Numbered from the stretch's first letter, positions 21,659 to 33,053 are shown. The stretch: DNA of 64,000 nucleotides from an uncultured Verrucomicrobiae bacterium (GCA_963762565.1 CAVXLD010000012.1:96001-160000); one strand, 5' to 3'. Numbers and translations are program-made. The notes: generated by a model not told the origin, from the letters alone.

Positions 21659-22120
21659 ATGAATATAATCCGTTATCACAACAATGGTCGGTCCCTTGCG
21701 CAGGCTTTCGACCGTTTCGCCGCCCTTCGCGATGAAATGGATCGCTTGTTCGATAGCTCGTTTGGCCCAGCCTTTCGCGCGCCCGGCTCTTTTAGCCGCT
21801 GGACTCCGGCTCTGGATGTCTATCAAGACAAAGACCAGTTCAGTGTGGTCGCCGAGTTGCCCGGCCTGAAGAAGGAGGACATCGAGCTTTCGCTGCATAA
21901 CGACGTTCTCACCATCTCGGGAGAGCGGAAGCAAGAGAAGCAGGGTGAAGAAGGCTACAGAAACGAGCGGTTCTTCGGCCGCTTCCAGCGCAGCGTTACG
22001 CTGCCGACCAGAGTCGCCAGCGATAAGGTGAAGGCAACTTATCAGGACGGGATCCTGAAGGTTGTGCTACCGAAAGCAGAAGAGGCTAAGCCGAAGCAAA
22101 TCGAAGTTTCCGTTGGCTAA
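21659..22120 (+). CDS. Hsp20/alpha-crystallin small heat shock protein
   Basis: PALDVYQ, AELPG, ERFFGRFQRS, YQDGILKVVLPK; AAGGAGG upstream. Confidence 0.95.
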   Translation: MNIIRYHNNGRSLAQAFDRFAALRDEMDRLFDSSFGPAFRAPGSFSRWTPALDVYQDKDQFSVVAELPGLKKEDIELSLHNDVLTISGERKQEKQGEEGYRNERFFGRFQRSVTLPTRVASDKVKATYQDGILKVVLPKAEEAKPKQIEVSVG

Positions 22121-22176
22121 TGGGACGGAATGGGAGCCGAGCAGACTCTCGGCTCCAAACCAAAAGGACAACAAAC

Positions 22177-22554
22177 ATGAATATTGTCTCTCAAGAGAAC
22201 CACAAATCAGCTCAGCAGTCGACCGGGGAGAATGCCTACGTCACTCCGTTTGTTGATATCGAGTCGACCGACTCGGGCTACGTCCTTTACGCGGAGATCC
22301 CAGGGGTCAATCGCGAGGGTATCAAAATTACCGTTGAGGATGGTGATCTTGTGCTGATCGGGCAGCGGCAGCCGTTGAACGCGAGTGGCGAACCACTACA
22401 CCGCGAGATGCGCCAGCTGTCTTATCGCCGAGTTTACGAACTTGATCCGTCAATCGACGCGAACAGGATTTCGGCCAGTATTGAGCAGGGGATCTTGAAG
22501 GTGAATCTGCCGAAAGCCGAGAACCTGAAACCTCGACATATTACGCTCGAGTAA
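22177..22554 (+). CDS. Hsp20/alpha-crystallin small heat shock protein
   Basis: PFVDIE, AEIPGV, QGILKVNLPK. Confidence 0.92.
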   Translation: MNIVSQENHKSAQQSTGENAYVTPFVDIESTDSGYVLYAEIPGVNREGIKITVEDGDLVLIGQRQPLNASGEPLHREMRQLSYRRVYELDPSIDANRISASIEQGILKVNLPKAENLKPRHITLE

Positions 22555-22577
22555 AGGCGGCTTTTCTTCGCAAAGTG

Positions 22578-22610
22578 GCCCGTCCGGGAAATATCCCGGG
22601 CGGGTTTTTT
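22578..22610 (+). terminator. Intrinsic terminator of the hsp20 pair
   Basis: gcccgtccggga-aata-tcccgggcgggt followed by a T run. Confidence 0.85.
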
Positions 22611-22630
22611 GCGTTCCTCAACGGCCCTCG

Positions 22631-22758
22631 CCGGGAGGGATCGCGTCCCGCGCGATCCGATTGTTACCGAACCTGAGGACGTGATGTTGATCGCGGACGA
22701 AAATACTCCCTGGATTGTGGCACGCCCTCGCGGCGCGCGGGGACGCGCGCCCTCCCGG
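22631..22758. repeat. REP doublet, family B (GGGAGGGATCGCGTCC / GGACGCGCGCCCTCCC)
   Basis: Same ends as the units at 47778-48258 and 50198-50303. Confidence 0.8.
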
Positions 22759-22862
22759 ATTTGCGCGCTGCGACCACCCTGATTCGCGGCTGCCGAAATA
22801 AATCCGCCACAATCTGCACGCTTGACCTATTACAACCCCCGTGCGAGTTGACTGATCAGTCA

Positions 22863-23834
22863 ATGAGAGCAGTTCGTATCCACAATTTTGGTGGTCCAGA
22901 AGTCTTTCAGCTCGACGAGGTTCCCCAGCCCGAACCAAGCGAGAACCAAGCTCTGGTCCGTGTCGTGGCAGCCGGAATCAATTTCGTCGACGTCTATCAA
23001 CGGACCGGCCTTTACAAGGTCCCGCTGCCTTACACTGGTGGGGTTGAAGCCTCTGGTACCGTAGAAAAAACCGGACCTGGATGCGATCTGGTTCCCGGAA
23101 GTCGAGTCGCCTGGGCGATGGCGCCGGGCGCTTATGCAGAGTACGCCTGCGTTCCGGCAGCGCGACTGGTGCCGATTCCCGACGGTGTCGCATTTGACGC
23201 CGCGGCGGCTGTGATGCTGCAAGGCATGACGGCGCATTATCTATCCGAAAGCACCTTCCCGGCCAAATCGGGTGACATCGCCTTAGTTCACGCTGGAGCA
23301 GGAGGAACAGGGCTGCTGTTAATTCAATTACTGAAGTTAAAAGGGGCTACGGTCTACACGACGGTCTCAACCGCGGACAAAGCCAAACTGGCTAAACAAG
23401 CCGGCGCTGACGAAACTATTCTTTACACATACGAAGATTTTGTGGCTCGGGTCAAAGAGCTGACGGGCGGCAAAGGGATCAACGTGGTTTACGATTCGGT
23501 TGGACTTCCGACCTATCAAGGCGGCCTCGAGGTGTTGCGGCCGCGCGGGATGTTAGTTCTATTCGGTCAGTCAGGCGGCAAGGTTCCACCGATCGATCCA
23601 ACCACTCTATTCGAGAAAGGCTCTCTCTTTTTGACCCGACCCAGCCTGGCTCACCACACTGCCGAGCGCCAAGAATTGCTTCATCGCGCGAGCACAGTTT
23701 TAGGGCTAGTACGCGACGGAAAGCTCCGTGTCCGAATCGACAGGCGCTACCCATTGCCCGAGGTCGCTCAAGCTCATCGCGATCTCGAATCCAGGGCCAC
23801 CACCGGCAAACTGATTGTCGACGTCGCCACCTAA
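22863..23834 (+). CDS. qor: NADPH:quinone oxidoreductase (zeta-crystallin family)
   Basis: [37 protein letters not shown]. Confidence 0.9.
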   Translation: MRAVRIHNFGGPEVFQLDEVPQPEPSENQALVRVVAAGINFVDVYQRTGLYKVPLPYTGGVEASGTVEKTGPGCDLVPGSRVAWAMAPGAYAEYACVPAARLVPIPDGVAFDAAAAVMLQGMTAHYLSESTFPAKSGDIALVHAGAGGTGLLLIQLLKLKGATVYTTVSTADKAKLAKQAGADETILYTYEDFVARVKELTGGKGINVVYDSVGLPTYQGGLEVLRPRGMLVLFGQSGGKVPPIDPTTLFEKGSLFLTRPSLAHHTAERQELLHRASTVLGLVRDGKLRVRIDRRYPLPEVAQAHRDLESRATTGKLIVDVAT

Positions 23835-23880
23835 CCGCATCCAGGCGAATATTCTGGCGTCAGCCAGAATATTCGGCCAT

Positions 23881-23933
23881 AGCCTGCAACGCGGAGAAAG
23901 CCTTCAACGGATTTCTCCGCGTTGCAGGCTTTT
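23881..23933 (+). terminator. 19-bp-stem hairpin, probable qor terminator
   Basis: agcctgcaacgcggagaaa..tttctccgcgttgcaggct followed by ttt; a second hairpin lies at 23846-23875. Confidence 0.65.
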
Positions 23934-23965
23934 GGTTTTCCAAGTCTTGCTTTATAATCTGCGGA

Positions 23966-25009
23966 ATGGCTGCGAAAAACTCCGAGGTCGAGGCGGTCGA
24001 TCCCGTTCACACTGCGCGGAAGAAAAATTTGGAATTGGCGTTACAACAAATCGCCAAGGACTATGGCGAGGGCGCGATTATGCGGCTCGGCGATGACCGA
24101 ATTACCGCGATTGAAGTTATTCCGACTGGGAACATTCTGATAGATCGGGCGTTGGGCGTAGGCGGATTTCCGCGGGGCAGAGTCGTCGAGATTTTTGGGC
24201 CGGAATCGTCAGGTAAAACGACATTAACGTTGACCGTTATCGCGCAAGCACAACGGCAAGGCGGTCTTGCCGGGTTTATCGACGTCGAACATGCGCTGGA
24301 TCCGCAATATGCCCGGCGACTAGGCGTGAACCTGGATGACTTGTTGGTGTCTCAGCCGAGCTCAGGAGAGGAGGCGCTGCGGATCTGTGAAACGCTGATC
24401 CGTTCAAATGCGTTGGACGTGATCGTGATCGACTCGGTGGCGGCACTAGTGACCAAAGCTGAACTGGAAGGCGAAATCGGTGACGCCACGGTCGGAGCGC
24501 AGGCCCGCTTGATGAGCGCAGCTCTGCGAAAACTCACTGCTCTGATCGCAAAAGCCCGTACGTGTTGCATTTTTACGAATCAGATTCGGGAAAAGATCGG
24601 AGTCATGTTTGGTAATCCTGAGACAACACCAGGTGGAAAGGCTTTAAAATTCTATTCGAGCGTCCGCGTTGACATCCGGCGGATTAGCGCGATCAAGCAG
24701 ACCGATGGGACCGTCGTCGGCAACCGCACGAAAGTGAAGATCGTAAAGAACAAGGTAGCCCCTCCCTTCACTGAAGCCGAATTCGATATCATGTACAACG
24801 AGGGCATCTCGAATGTGGGGGCATTGCTCGATCTAGCCCTGGAAAAGAATATTTTGGAGAAGCGCGGTTCATGGATTTCGTACAAAGGGCAGCAACTCGC
24901 CCAAGGAAGAGATGCAGCTAAGGAGACATTGAAGGCAGATCGGAAACTTTACGCTGAGCTCGAAGAGACCGTTAAGGCCGCCTTGGACGGTGACGCTCAC
25001 AAGCATTAG
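23966..25009 (+). CDS. recA: Recombinase A
   Basis: [51 protein letters not shown]. Confidence 0.99.
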   Translation: MAAKNSEVEAVDPVHTARKKNLELALQQIAKDYGEGAIMRLGDDRITAIEVIPTGNILIDRALGVGGFPRGRVVEIFGPESSGKTTLTLTVIAQAQRQGGLAGFIDVEHALDPQYARRLGVNLDDLLVSQPSSGEEALRICETLIRSNALDVIVIDSVAALVTKAELEGEIGDATVGAQARLMSAALRKLTALIAKARTCCIFTNQIREKIGVMFGNPETTPGGKALKFYSSVRVDIRRISAIKQTDGTVVGNRTKVKIVKNKVAPPFTEAEFDIMYNEGISNVGALLDLALEKNILEKRGSWISYKGQQLAQGRDAAKETLKADRKLYAELEETVKAALDGDAHKH

Positions 25010-25127
25010 TCCTGCCCCGCTAATAAAGGCGCATTCATTTTTGAACGACCTAGCCGGCGGCAGCAGACACCATTCCGGCTACAGTAAGGCGTTCGCCGGC
25101 GATTCGTAAGACCACAGGCCACGAACC

Positions 25128-27791
25128 ATGACCAAGATTTTGATTCCAAAGACCGCTTTTGAAGTAAGACAGTCTTTTCTGGATTTCTTCCGGGAAAAGC
25201 AGCACACCATCGTCCCTTCCGCCAGCCTATTGCCGACTTCGCCGAACCTTCTGTTCACGAATGCCGGTATGAATCAGTTCGTACCTTATTTCTTAGGACA
25301 GGAAAAAGCGCCTTTTCGCCCGCCGCGAGCGGCTGATACGCAGAAGTGCATCCGGGCAGGCGGTAAGCACAACGATTTAGATGATGTTGGATTCGACACC
25401 TACCATCACACCTTCTTCGAGATGCTGGGGAATTGGAGTTTCGGCGACTATTTCAAGAAGGAAGCGATTGAATGGGCGTGGGAGCTTCTCGTGGAACGCT
25501 GGCAATTTCCGCCCAACCGGCTGTACGCGACCGTATACAGTCCTGATGCTGGAGACCCGGCTTCATTCGATGCAGAAGCGCACGAGAATTGGAGCGCGCT
25601 CTTTGCCCGAGCGGGCCTAGATCCGAATGTGCATGTCGTCTCCGGCAACAAAAAAGATAATTTCTGGATGATGGGAGAAACCGGTCCCTGTGGTCCGTGT
25701 TCGGAGATCCACTTCGACCTCACGCCGGATGGCGACAGCACGGGCCTGCTGGTGAATCAAGGGAGCGAACTCTGCAAGGAGATCTGGAACCTGGTTTTCA
25801 TTCAATTCAACGCCAACCCCGATGGCAGCTACTCCCCACTCCCAAAGCAACATGTCGATACCGGCATGGGTTTCGAGCGGGCGGCCGGCATCATCGAGTG
25901 CAGCAAAGGACTGCGAGACTTTTCCCGCCTTTGTTCCAATTACGAGAGTCAAGTCTTTAGGCCGATTTTCGAGACCATCAGCCAACTGAGCGGCACACGA
26001 TATCAAGCGACCTTGACGGCCAGCAGAAACAATCTCAGCCAGCAAGAAAAGATCGATGTCGCGTTTCGGGTCGTCTCCGATCACATTCGCACCCTTTGTT
26101 TTGCGATCGCGGACGGCATTATCCCGAGCAACACCGATCGAAACTATGTTATCCGAAGAATTTTGCGCCGGGCGGTCCTGTTTGGTCGCGACCTCGGGCT
26201 CGTTTCATCGGGTTTCCTGGCTAAGCTAGCACCGACAGTGGTAGCGGAATTTGGAGACGTCTTTCCGGAACTGACGGCGAACCGGGAAAAGATCATCCAA
26301 ATACTTGAAGACGAAGAAGCGCTCTTCAACCGGACGTTGGATCGCGGCCTTCGCATTTTCGAAGAGCACCTTGAAAAGGATCCTACCGGAGAATTCTCAC
26401 CAGAAACCGCGTTCACGTTGTATGACACATACGGCTTCCCGGTCGACCTGACTGAGGTTCTGGTGCGCGAACGTGGTCTAAAACTGGATTTGAAAGCAGT
26501 AGATCGGTTCCTGGACGCTCAGCGAGAGCGGTCCCGGGCGGCGCAAGAGAAGTCGATCGTGTCTGCGGCAGAGGAGTCGGTTCCCACCGAGTTCGTCGGT
26601 TTTTCTTCCACGGAATCGGAGGCTACAGCTGTGTCTGCAGTCTCGCAGAAAGGCGAGGTCTTAGTCGCGGTTGATCGATCTCCATTTTATGCGGAGATGG
26701 GCGGCCAAGTCAGTGACACCGGCGAGCTAATCACTTCGACCGGACGCAAACTGACGGTGAATGGCGTGGTGAAGCAAGGGAGAACATTTTACTTGAGTTT
26801 GCCCGGAGATTCGGACTTCCAGACTCCCGATCAGGTGAAACTCAAGATCGACCTGAAACGCCGCCGACTAATCGAGGCGAATCACACCGCGACTCATTTG
26901 CTGCACTGGGCTCTTCATCAAGTCATCGGCAAGGACGCCACCCAGAAAGGATCCTACGTTGGGCCGGAGCATTTGCGCTTCGATTTCAACAGTAACGCAC
27001 TTTCACCGGATCAAATCCGATCGGTTGAGCAGCTGGTGAACAAACAGGTGACGTTGGATGACGCGGTTACCTGGCGGGAGGTGCCCTACGATGAGGTTAA
27101 GCAGCGTCCCGATATCATGCAGTTCTTCGGCGAGAAATATGGAGAATCGGTTCGAGTGGTTCAGATCGGCGGCGGCGCTGGTCAATTGGATGGTTATTCG
27201 ATGGAGCTCTGTGGCGGAACTCACGTGCGCCGAACCGGAGAGATTGGTTTGTTTGTCATCGCCTCCGAAGGCGCTATCTCTGCGGGTGTCCGTCGGGTGG
27301 ACGCTTTGACTGGATTAACCGCCTTACAGCACTTGCGAGCCGAACTCGAGAAAGAGAGCAAACGAGCGGACGAGCTGCAGCAACAGCTACTCGACTTGCG
27401 GAAGAGCGTTGAGAAGGAGCGTTCCCAGGCGATGCAACGGGAGGCGGAACAATACCTGAGTAACTTCGATCTCCGATCAAGAAAGTTGGTCCAATCGATC
27501 GAAAACGTCACCGGCGATTTCCTCCAAGCGATTGCGGGCGCCCTTAAGACGAAGAAGTTTGACGGTCTGGCAGTGCTTTTCGGCAAACAACCCGACCAGA
27601 TTCACGTGCTCGCTTTTTGTGGTCCGTCCGTAATGAAGGATCAGCCTGCCGGCAAATTGGTGCAGGAGCTGACTGCGATTCTGAACGGTAAAGGAGGCGG
27701 AAAACCGGATTTGGCAAGAGGGGTAGGTAAGGACGTCTCCAAGCTGCCCGAAGCTCTGGCCAGAGCTCGTGAAATCGCTGCCAAGATTTGA
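25128..27791 (+). CDS. alaS: Alanine--tRNA ligase
   Basis: LLFTNAGMNQF, HHTFFEMLGNWSFGDYFK, DTGMG, NHTATH, ELCGGTH, GKGGG. Confidence 0.98.
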   Translation: MTKILIPKTAFEVRQSFLDFFREKQHTIVPSASLLPTSPNLLFTNAGMNQFVPYFLGQEKAPFRPPRAADTQKCIRAGGKHNDLDDVGFDTYHHTFFEMLGNWSFGDYFKKEAIEWAWELLVERWQFPPNRLYATVYSPDAGDPASFDAEAHENWSALFARAGLDPNVHVVSGNKKDNFWMMGETGPCGPCSEIHFDLTPDGDSTGLLVNQGSELCKEIWNLVFIQFNANPDGSYSPLPKQHVDTGMGFERAAGIIECSKGLRDFSRLCSNYESQVFRPIFETISQLSGTRYQATLTASRNNLSQQEKIDVAFRVVSDHIRTLCFAIADGIIPSNTDRNYVIRRILRRAVLFGRDLGLVSSGFLAKLAPTVVAEFGDVFPELTANREKIIQILEDEEALFNRTLDRGLRIFEEHLEKDPTGEFSPETAFTLYDTYGFPVDLTEVLVRERGLKLDLKAVDRFLDAQRERSRAAQEKSIVSAAEESVPTEFVGFSSTESEATAVSAVSQKGEVLVAVDRSPFYAEMGGQVSDTGELITSTGRKLTVNGVVKQGRTFYLSLPGDSDFQTPDQVKLKIDLKRRRLIEANHTATHLLHWALHQVIGKDATQKGSYVGPEHLRFDFNSNALSPDQIRSVEQLVNKQVTLDDAVTWREVPYDEVKQRPDIMQFFGEKYGESVRVVQIGGGAGQLDGYSMELCGGTHVRRTGEIGLFVIASEGAISAGVRRVDALTGLTALQHLRAELEKESKRADELQQQLLDLRKSVEKERSQAMQREAEQYLSNFDLRSRKLVQSIENVTGDFLQAIAGALKTKKFDGLAVLFGKQPDQIHVLAFCGPSVMKDQPAGKLVQELTAILNGKGGGKPDLARGVGKDVSKLPEALARAREIAAKI

Positions 27792-27905
27792 TCGCGGTCT
27801 AGCGCATCTCTACCGTATTGATCAACATTTCGCCCGGCTGATCGACGTGAATCCAAAAGAAAAGCGGTGAGCTTTGCTGCCTCTTTATGATACTCTCGGA
27901 CCAGC

Positions 27906-28295
27906 ATGAGGCAGGACGTAGAGAAGTTCATCCTTGATGGTGCTCGTCGGATAACGCCGGCGCACCTGAAGCGCCTCATTCGGCAGCTGCCCGAAATTCG
28001 GTTGGCCGCGACCCAGGTGACCGAATTTCCCCAGTTACCAGACCAAGTCGAATTCCTAGCTCAATTAATTGAAGATTTTTACTCGGGATTGAGCCCTGAC
28101 ATCCCGTACACTGCGATCGCCGAGGGAGCGTTCGCCCTCTCCTACCTGCGGAAAGGCATCGACATCATCCCTGACTCAATCTCCGGGGTCGGATATGCGG
28201 ACGACGCCGCGATCATCAACGTGGTGTTCGAGACTTATAAGCAGCCTTTTCTTGAACACGTTATTGGCCGCAAGTCCCGGGAGGAGACGTCCTGA
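27906..28295 (+). CDS. YkvA/DUF1232 family protein
   Basis: YL..DIIPD....GYADDA motif. Confidence 0.8.
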   Translation: MRQDVEKFILDGARRITPAHLKRLIRQLPEIRLAATQVTEFPQLPDQVEFLAQLIEDFYSGLSPDIPYTAIAEGAFALSYLRKGIDIIPDSISGVGYADDAAIINVVFETYKQPFLEHVIGRKSREETS

Positions 28296-28378
28296 AACAA
28301 AAAACAGTTGAAAAGGCAACGAAACATTTTCATCGGTACGGACTTATCATCCGATCGCAAAATGTCGTTAGTACCTGC

Positions 28379-29701
28379 GTGGCGCTTGCGGTCTTCGGCT
28401 GGCTGAATCCTGCTACTTCAAACAGCGCCGAAGTCACGTTCGACGAAAGTGGCATCATCACTACCCCGATTGGTCCCGGAAACGCTCAAGCGGAGAGCGT
28501 GGCATTGCAGAAAGATGGAAAGATGGTCGTCGCCGGCTCGTTCTTTACACCCAAGATATCCGAGTTTGCGTTGGCACGCTTCAACACTGACGGCAGTCTT
28601 GACAGGACACTCGGCGGCTCGGGCAAGCTGACGACCGCGGTGGGCCAGCAATGCGCCGCAAAAGCAGTTGCGATCCAGAGTGACAACAAGATTGTGCTGG
28701 CGGGAACTGTATACGACGAAGCAAACAACTCGAACTTCGCATTGATGCGCTACAACCCAGACGGAACCCTCGACAAGAGCTTGAATGGCACAGGAAAGCT
28801 GAGCACCTCTGTCAGAACGGGCCGTAACGAAGCCAATGCCGTCGTGATCCAGAGCGACGGAAAAATCGTGGCCGCAGGGAAAGCAGCGGACGCCGGCAGC
28901 CAGTCAGGGTTTGCAGTCGTGCGCTATAATTCAGATGGCAGCCCGGACACCACGTTTGCAGGTACTGGCAAAGTGATCACTGAGATCGGTATTGGAGATT
29001 ACGCCAACAGCGTGGCACTGCAAAGTGATGGCAAAATCGTAGTTGCTGGCGATTCGTATAATTCCGAGCACCATTATGAGATTGCACTCGTCCGTTACAA
29101 TGCGGACGGGACGTTGGACACTACGTTCAACACCACCGGCAAGGTGACCATTTCGGTCCCTAGTGTCTCTGGCGTCGCCCTCTCATCGAAACGGGTGTTG
29201 ATAGAAAACGGCGCGAACGGTGTCGCCATCCAAAACGATGGAAAAATAGTCGTGGCAGGTTTCTGCTCCTCGAATGGCATAGAACAAATTGCGGTGGTGC
29301 GCTTTAATCCGGATGGGTCGCTCGACAGGACCTTCAACGGCACAGGCAAAGTGACTACCGCGATCGGCAAGGAAAGCAGAGCCAGCAGCGTTGCACTGCA
29401 GACTGATGACAAAATCATGGTTGCGGGGCTAAGCGCGACGGGCGGGAAGACGAGCTTCGCCCTGGCGCGCTACAATGCGGACGGAACGCTGGATAAGATG
29501 TTTAATGGCACTGGCAAAGTAGTTACTGCTATTGCAAACCAGCCAAGTTCAGGCTACGGCGGTTCTGGCCTGGCAGTGCAAGCAGACGGCAAGATCGTAG
29601 TGGTGGGCTACTGTTTCACCGGCAGCAAGAACTTTGCCGTAGCGCGCTATGACCAGAACGGAATACTCTCTACGAATCGTGCACGTCGGGCAGGCGAGTA
29701 G
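28379..29701 (+). CDS. Delta-60 repeat (beta-propeller) exported protein
   Basis: Seven QxDGKIVVAG..ARYNxDGxLDxxF repeats; start uncertain. Confidence 0.85.
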   Translation: MALAVFGWLNPATSNSAEVTFDESGIITTPIGPGNAQAESVALQKDGKMVVAGSFFTPKISEFALARFNTDGSLDRTLGGSGKLTTAVGQQCAAKAVAIQSDNKIVLAGTVYDEANNSNFALMRYNPDGTLDKSLNGTGKLSTSVRTGRNEANAVVIQSDGKIVAAGKAADAGSQSGFAVVRYNSDGSPDTTFAGTGKVITEIGIGDYANSVALQSDGKIVVAGDSYNSEHHYEIALVRYNADGTLDTTFNTTGKVTISVPSVSGVALSSKRVLIENGANGVAIQNDGKIVVAGFCSSNGIEQIAVVRFNPDGSLDRTFNGTGKVTTAIGKESRASSVALQTDDKIMVAGLSATGGKTSFALARYNADGTLDKMFNGTGKVVTAIANQPSSGYGGSGLAVQADGKIVVVGYCFTGSKNFAVARYDQNGILSTNRARRAGE

Positions 29702-29747
29702 CCACGACAACGCTGCTGTGCCGGAGATAACGCACAGCTCTCGGAGA

Positions 29748-29822
<75 letters not shown>

Positions 29823-30458
29823 TTCATCGAGGAAGGTGTTCCGTTAACGCCAAACGCGGCCTTTTTCAACCATCTTTTCAGGCGCCGGGAGGTAGAATCG
29901 CGAGATCGAGCCGTCAGCGACTCCTTGATATTGAAGATAGTCAGGCCCCTACAAGCCAAGACGTCTCTCTTAAGGTATGCTCGACCGAAACCAGTCTTAA
30001 GCTGTCGTTCGCGCGCAACAGCTGAGGAAAGATATCCAGGCACGCCTCGTGACAACGCGACAGATGCCGCCAGAGTCGGTCCATTCCGCCGCGGCCATGA
30101 CAGACTATTGCGGTTCCTTAGCTAGCTGGGAGAACCAATCGTGAGCGCCAGGTTCCGGTCTTGGGACAATTCCATCCCGATTTCGGAATCCTGATTGCCT
30201 CCTCCCTGCAAAACTTACTGCTTTACCTATCATCTCTAGACGAAATCCAGATGCTCATTTCTAGGGGGAGAACAGTTCACCTCAACAAATAACCTGTTTA
30301 CTAACTGGATTCAGGCATTCGACTTGCTTAACAAGATAATTCCTCGGGTCGTTAATCCCGCGTATAGCGCTAAGTTAAGGCCTATGCTCTTGACCCAGCG
30401 CCGCGTTTTGCTCAGGATAACTTAAAGGTCGCATGGAGGGGACAATTCGGAGAACCTC

Positions 30459-32237
30459 TTGCAATCACTTCGCTATCTTGTTAAGCGTGCCAACCTCGCT
30501 GCCCAGAGCTTTTTTTTGGCCGCCACGCTTGCTTGTTTAGTTTTCACTGCCGCCAATTTACCAGCACAAGACGCGCAAATCGTCGCTGACAATCTGGCTT
30601 ACAGCCGTGAGTTCTACTCCGGAGTACACTTCAGCGCGATAGCAACTCTGCCGAGTTCATTCGCCTACGACCGTTATCCAGACAAGGGAGCGGAGCGCAT
30701 CCGATGCGACGATGGAACATTTGCCCGCGAACAGTTGGGGCAACCTTGGTTGAAATCGACCGATTGGGGCCGGACAGGCTCGCCCGTGGATCGGGACACT
30801 ACCCAAAAGCTGGAAGGGTGGATCAAGTTAGTAAATGCGGCTTTCGAGCTAACTCCGGCTAACGTCAAGCTTTCGAAAAAATACGAAACGGATAATCGCG
30901 TACACTGGATCTTTGCTGCGCTGCCGCAAGATCCCAAGGGTTCTCTGACTCAATTCGACTTTGATAAGCGCATCTATGATCCAAACCAGAGCGTTTTGTT
31001 ACACGAATTCTCCGCATCACTCCGCCTGCAGGGAGGCAAAGTCGTGCCAAGCAGCGCGTCTGATTCAGTAAAACTAAGTTTCGGGTACCTGGTCCCGATT
31101 GGAGACGGTAACGAGCTTTCAGAGGCTGCCTGGGAGGATATGCAGCGACCGCAGGCGGGGGCGGCACCGTCGCTACCTAGTGAAGTCGAGATCGGGTCAA
31201 GCCCGAAGGATGCCCAGGGCTACGTGAAACGAGGCGACGTTAGAGGACAGTACGGCGACCTGGCCGGCGCCGTTGCAGATTACCTTCGCGCCATCAAGCT
31301 TGATGCTGATTCGGTGCCGGCGGCGAAGCTAGAGTCGGCCTATCATAATAGCGGTATTGTGAGATTCGAACTAGGTGCTTACGACGCGGCTATCGCGGAT
31401 CTCAGTCACGCGATCGAGATTAAACCGAACGACCAGGACCTTTTTAACGATCGCGGAGTATCGAAATGGAACAAGGGTGACCTCGAAGGTGCGATTGCTG
31501 ACTACAGTCAAGCGATCGCCATCAGTCCAAAGACCGCCGCTCGAGCCTACCGCAACCGCGCCCTTTTAAAGAGCGGCAAAGGCGATAAAGACGGCGCGAT
31601 TGCTGACTACAATCAGGCAATCGAGTTAGAGCCAAAAAATGCGAGTGCCTACAATAAGCGCGGCGAGCTTAAACGCGCTAAGGGTGATCTAGATGGGGCA
31701 ATCGCGGACTTTACTACAGCAATCGGCTTAGATCCGAAACTGGCGGTTGCTTACAAAAATCGTGGCGACGCAAAGCAGGGCAAAGGCGATACCGCTGGCG
31801 CGAAGGAAGACCTCCAGCGCGCCGAGGACGTGGATTCCGGAGTGGCAGAAGCGCCGCAAGCAACTCCGACACCGGCTGTGCAACTACCGGCCCCAGAAAA
31901 GGGAAAAGTGTACGGTTTCCAGGATTTAATGCTCCATGGCAGAGACCTCGCCGGCAAGGTGGTTCAAGTAGAAGTCCTGCCCAAGGTCGAACATAAAACG
32001 GATCTACATGATGGCCGGTATTGCATCACCCTGTATGACCCGAAACGGGTGTTCGGGTTCGTTTATTGCACGAAAGAAGGCCTGCAAAAGATGGGCTTCG
32101 AGGATGGTACTGCGACGAAAAACCAATTGATCTACCTGTTCATGAAGAAGGACAAACTAACCGGCACCGTCTTCTACACCGCGGTTGGTACCCGGTTTGA
32201 AGTGGGAAGTGACGGAAGCGGCACCTACTCATGGTGA
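30459..32237 (+). CDS. Exported protein: unnamed N-terminal domain, TPR repeats and a small C-terminal domain
   Basis: Signal-like N-terminus; about six TPRs (AYxNRG..GDxxGAIADYxxAI). Confidence 0.85.
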   Translation: MQSLRYLVKRANLAAQSFFLAATLACLVFTAANLPAQDAQIVADNLAYSREFYSGVHFSAIATLPSSFAYDRYPDKGAERIRCDDGTFAREQLGQPWLKSTDWGRTGSPVDRDTTQKLEGWIKLVNAAFELTPANVKLSKKYETDNRVHWIFAALPQDPKGSLTQFDFDKRIYDPNQSVLLHEFSASLRLQGGKVVPSSASDSVKLSFGYLVPIGDGNELSEAAWEDMQRPQAGAAPSLPSEVEIGSSPKDAQGYVKRGDVRGQYGDLAGAVADYLRAIKLDADSVPAAKLESAYHNSGIVRFELGAYDAAIADLSHAIEIKPNDQDLFNDRGVSKWNKGDLEGAIADYSQAIAISPKTAARAYRNRALLKSGKGDKDGAIADYNQAIELEPKNASAYNKRGELKRAKGDLDGAIADFTTAIGLDPKLAVAYKNRGDAKQGKGDTAGAKEDLQRAEDVDSGVAEAPQATPTPAVQLPAPEKGKVYGFQDLMLHGRDLAGKVVQVEVLPKVEHKTDLHDGRYCITLYDPKRVFGFVYCTKEGLQKMGFEDGTATKNQLIYLFMKKDKLTGTVFYTAVGTRFEVGSDGSGTYSW

Positions 32238-32285
32238 AGTCGCGTCACTTTAACAGGAGGAAACCGAGGGAACAGAGATAGCACG

Positions 32286-33053
32286 ATGAAATACTCGTCG
32301 AACTACGTTTCGCCTCTCATCTTTCCCTCATTAAGGGCACCAAAGCTTTGCCTTTTAGCTGGCTTACTGCTGTTAGCTGGAGACCTTTATAACGCTCGCG
32401 GGTTTGACGACACGACGGCAAGAGTCCCTTTTCATGGACCAGACGTACACCCGGGTTACCCTGACGCTTTCCAGCTCCATTATGTCCTGCCTAAAGACAC
32501 GATCTCGCCCAACGGTAAATTCGGTCTGATCTTCCCGGGGCGAGCGTTAGGCGAGACTGAGAATGACTCGGTAAACGATTTTGTGGTTTCATTAGAACCA
32601 TCCGAAATCCTAACTCGTCTCGACACCGCCTATCCGGAATTCGAAGGTAAGAGTAATGGTGGATATGAAATCGAGTGGTCACCAGATAGTTCCGTCGCAC
32701 TCCTAACTTTGGAAGCCAGATGGGGACCAGGAGAATTCTTCCTCATCGAATTTCAGGAGGAAAAGGTAGGTCGAATCACGAATCTCGATAAGAAGATTCA
32801 GCAGCTACTGGAACCTGACTTCCGGAAGGCGAAGGTGGATCCCTTTAATGATTCTACAAAGTTCATTTATGAGTATCCAGAGTCCCAGGCGCCATTTTGT
32901 AAGCTGGAGAAGTCAAACCTAGTCCGCATCGACGCATTCGTAACCAACGATCCTCAGGGATACAATCCCTGGAGAGCCCGTCTTCGCGCGGTGTGGGATA
33001 TCCGAAACGCAAAATTCACTGAACAACACGTGAGCCGCTTAACTAACCGATAA
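32286..33053 (+). CDS. Exported hypothetical protein (SPNGK..WSPDS domain)
   Basis: Signal-like N-terminus; similar to the 35580-36496 product. Confidence 0.7.
   Translation: MKYSSNYVSPLIFPSLRAPKLCLLAGLLLLAGDLYNARGFDDTTARVPFHGPDVHPGYPDAFQLHYVLPKDTISPNGKFGLIFPGRALGETENDSVNDFVVSLEPSEILTRLDTAYPEFEGKSNGGYEIEWSPDSSVALLTLEARWGPGEFFLIEFQEEKVGRITNLDKKIQQLLEPDFRKAKVDPFNDSTKFIYEYPESQAPFCKLEKSNLVRIDAFVTNDPQGYNPWRARLRAVWDIRNAKFTEQHVSRLTNR

Noticed and set aside
21540..21660. CIRCE element before hsp20
   Set aside because: TTGGCACGC has no matching inverted half-site 9 bp downstream; it fits a sigma-54 -24 box better.
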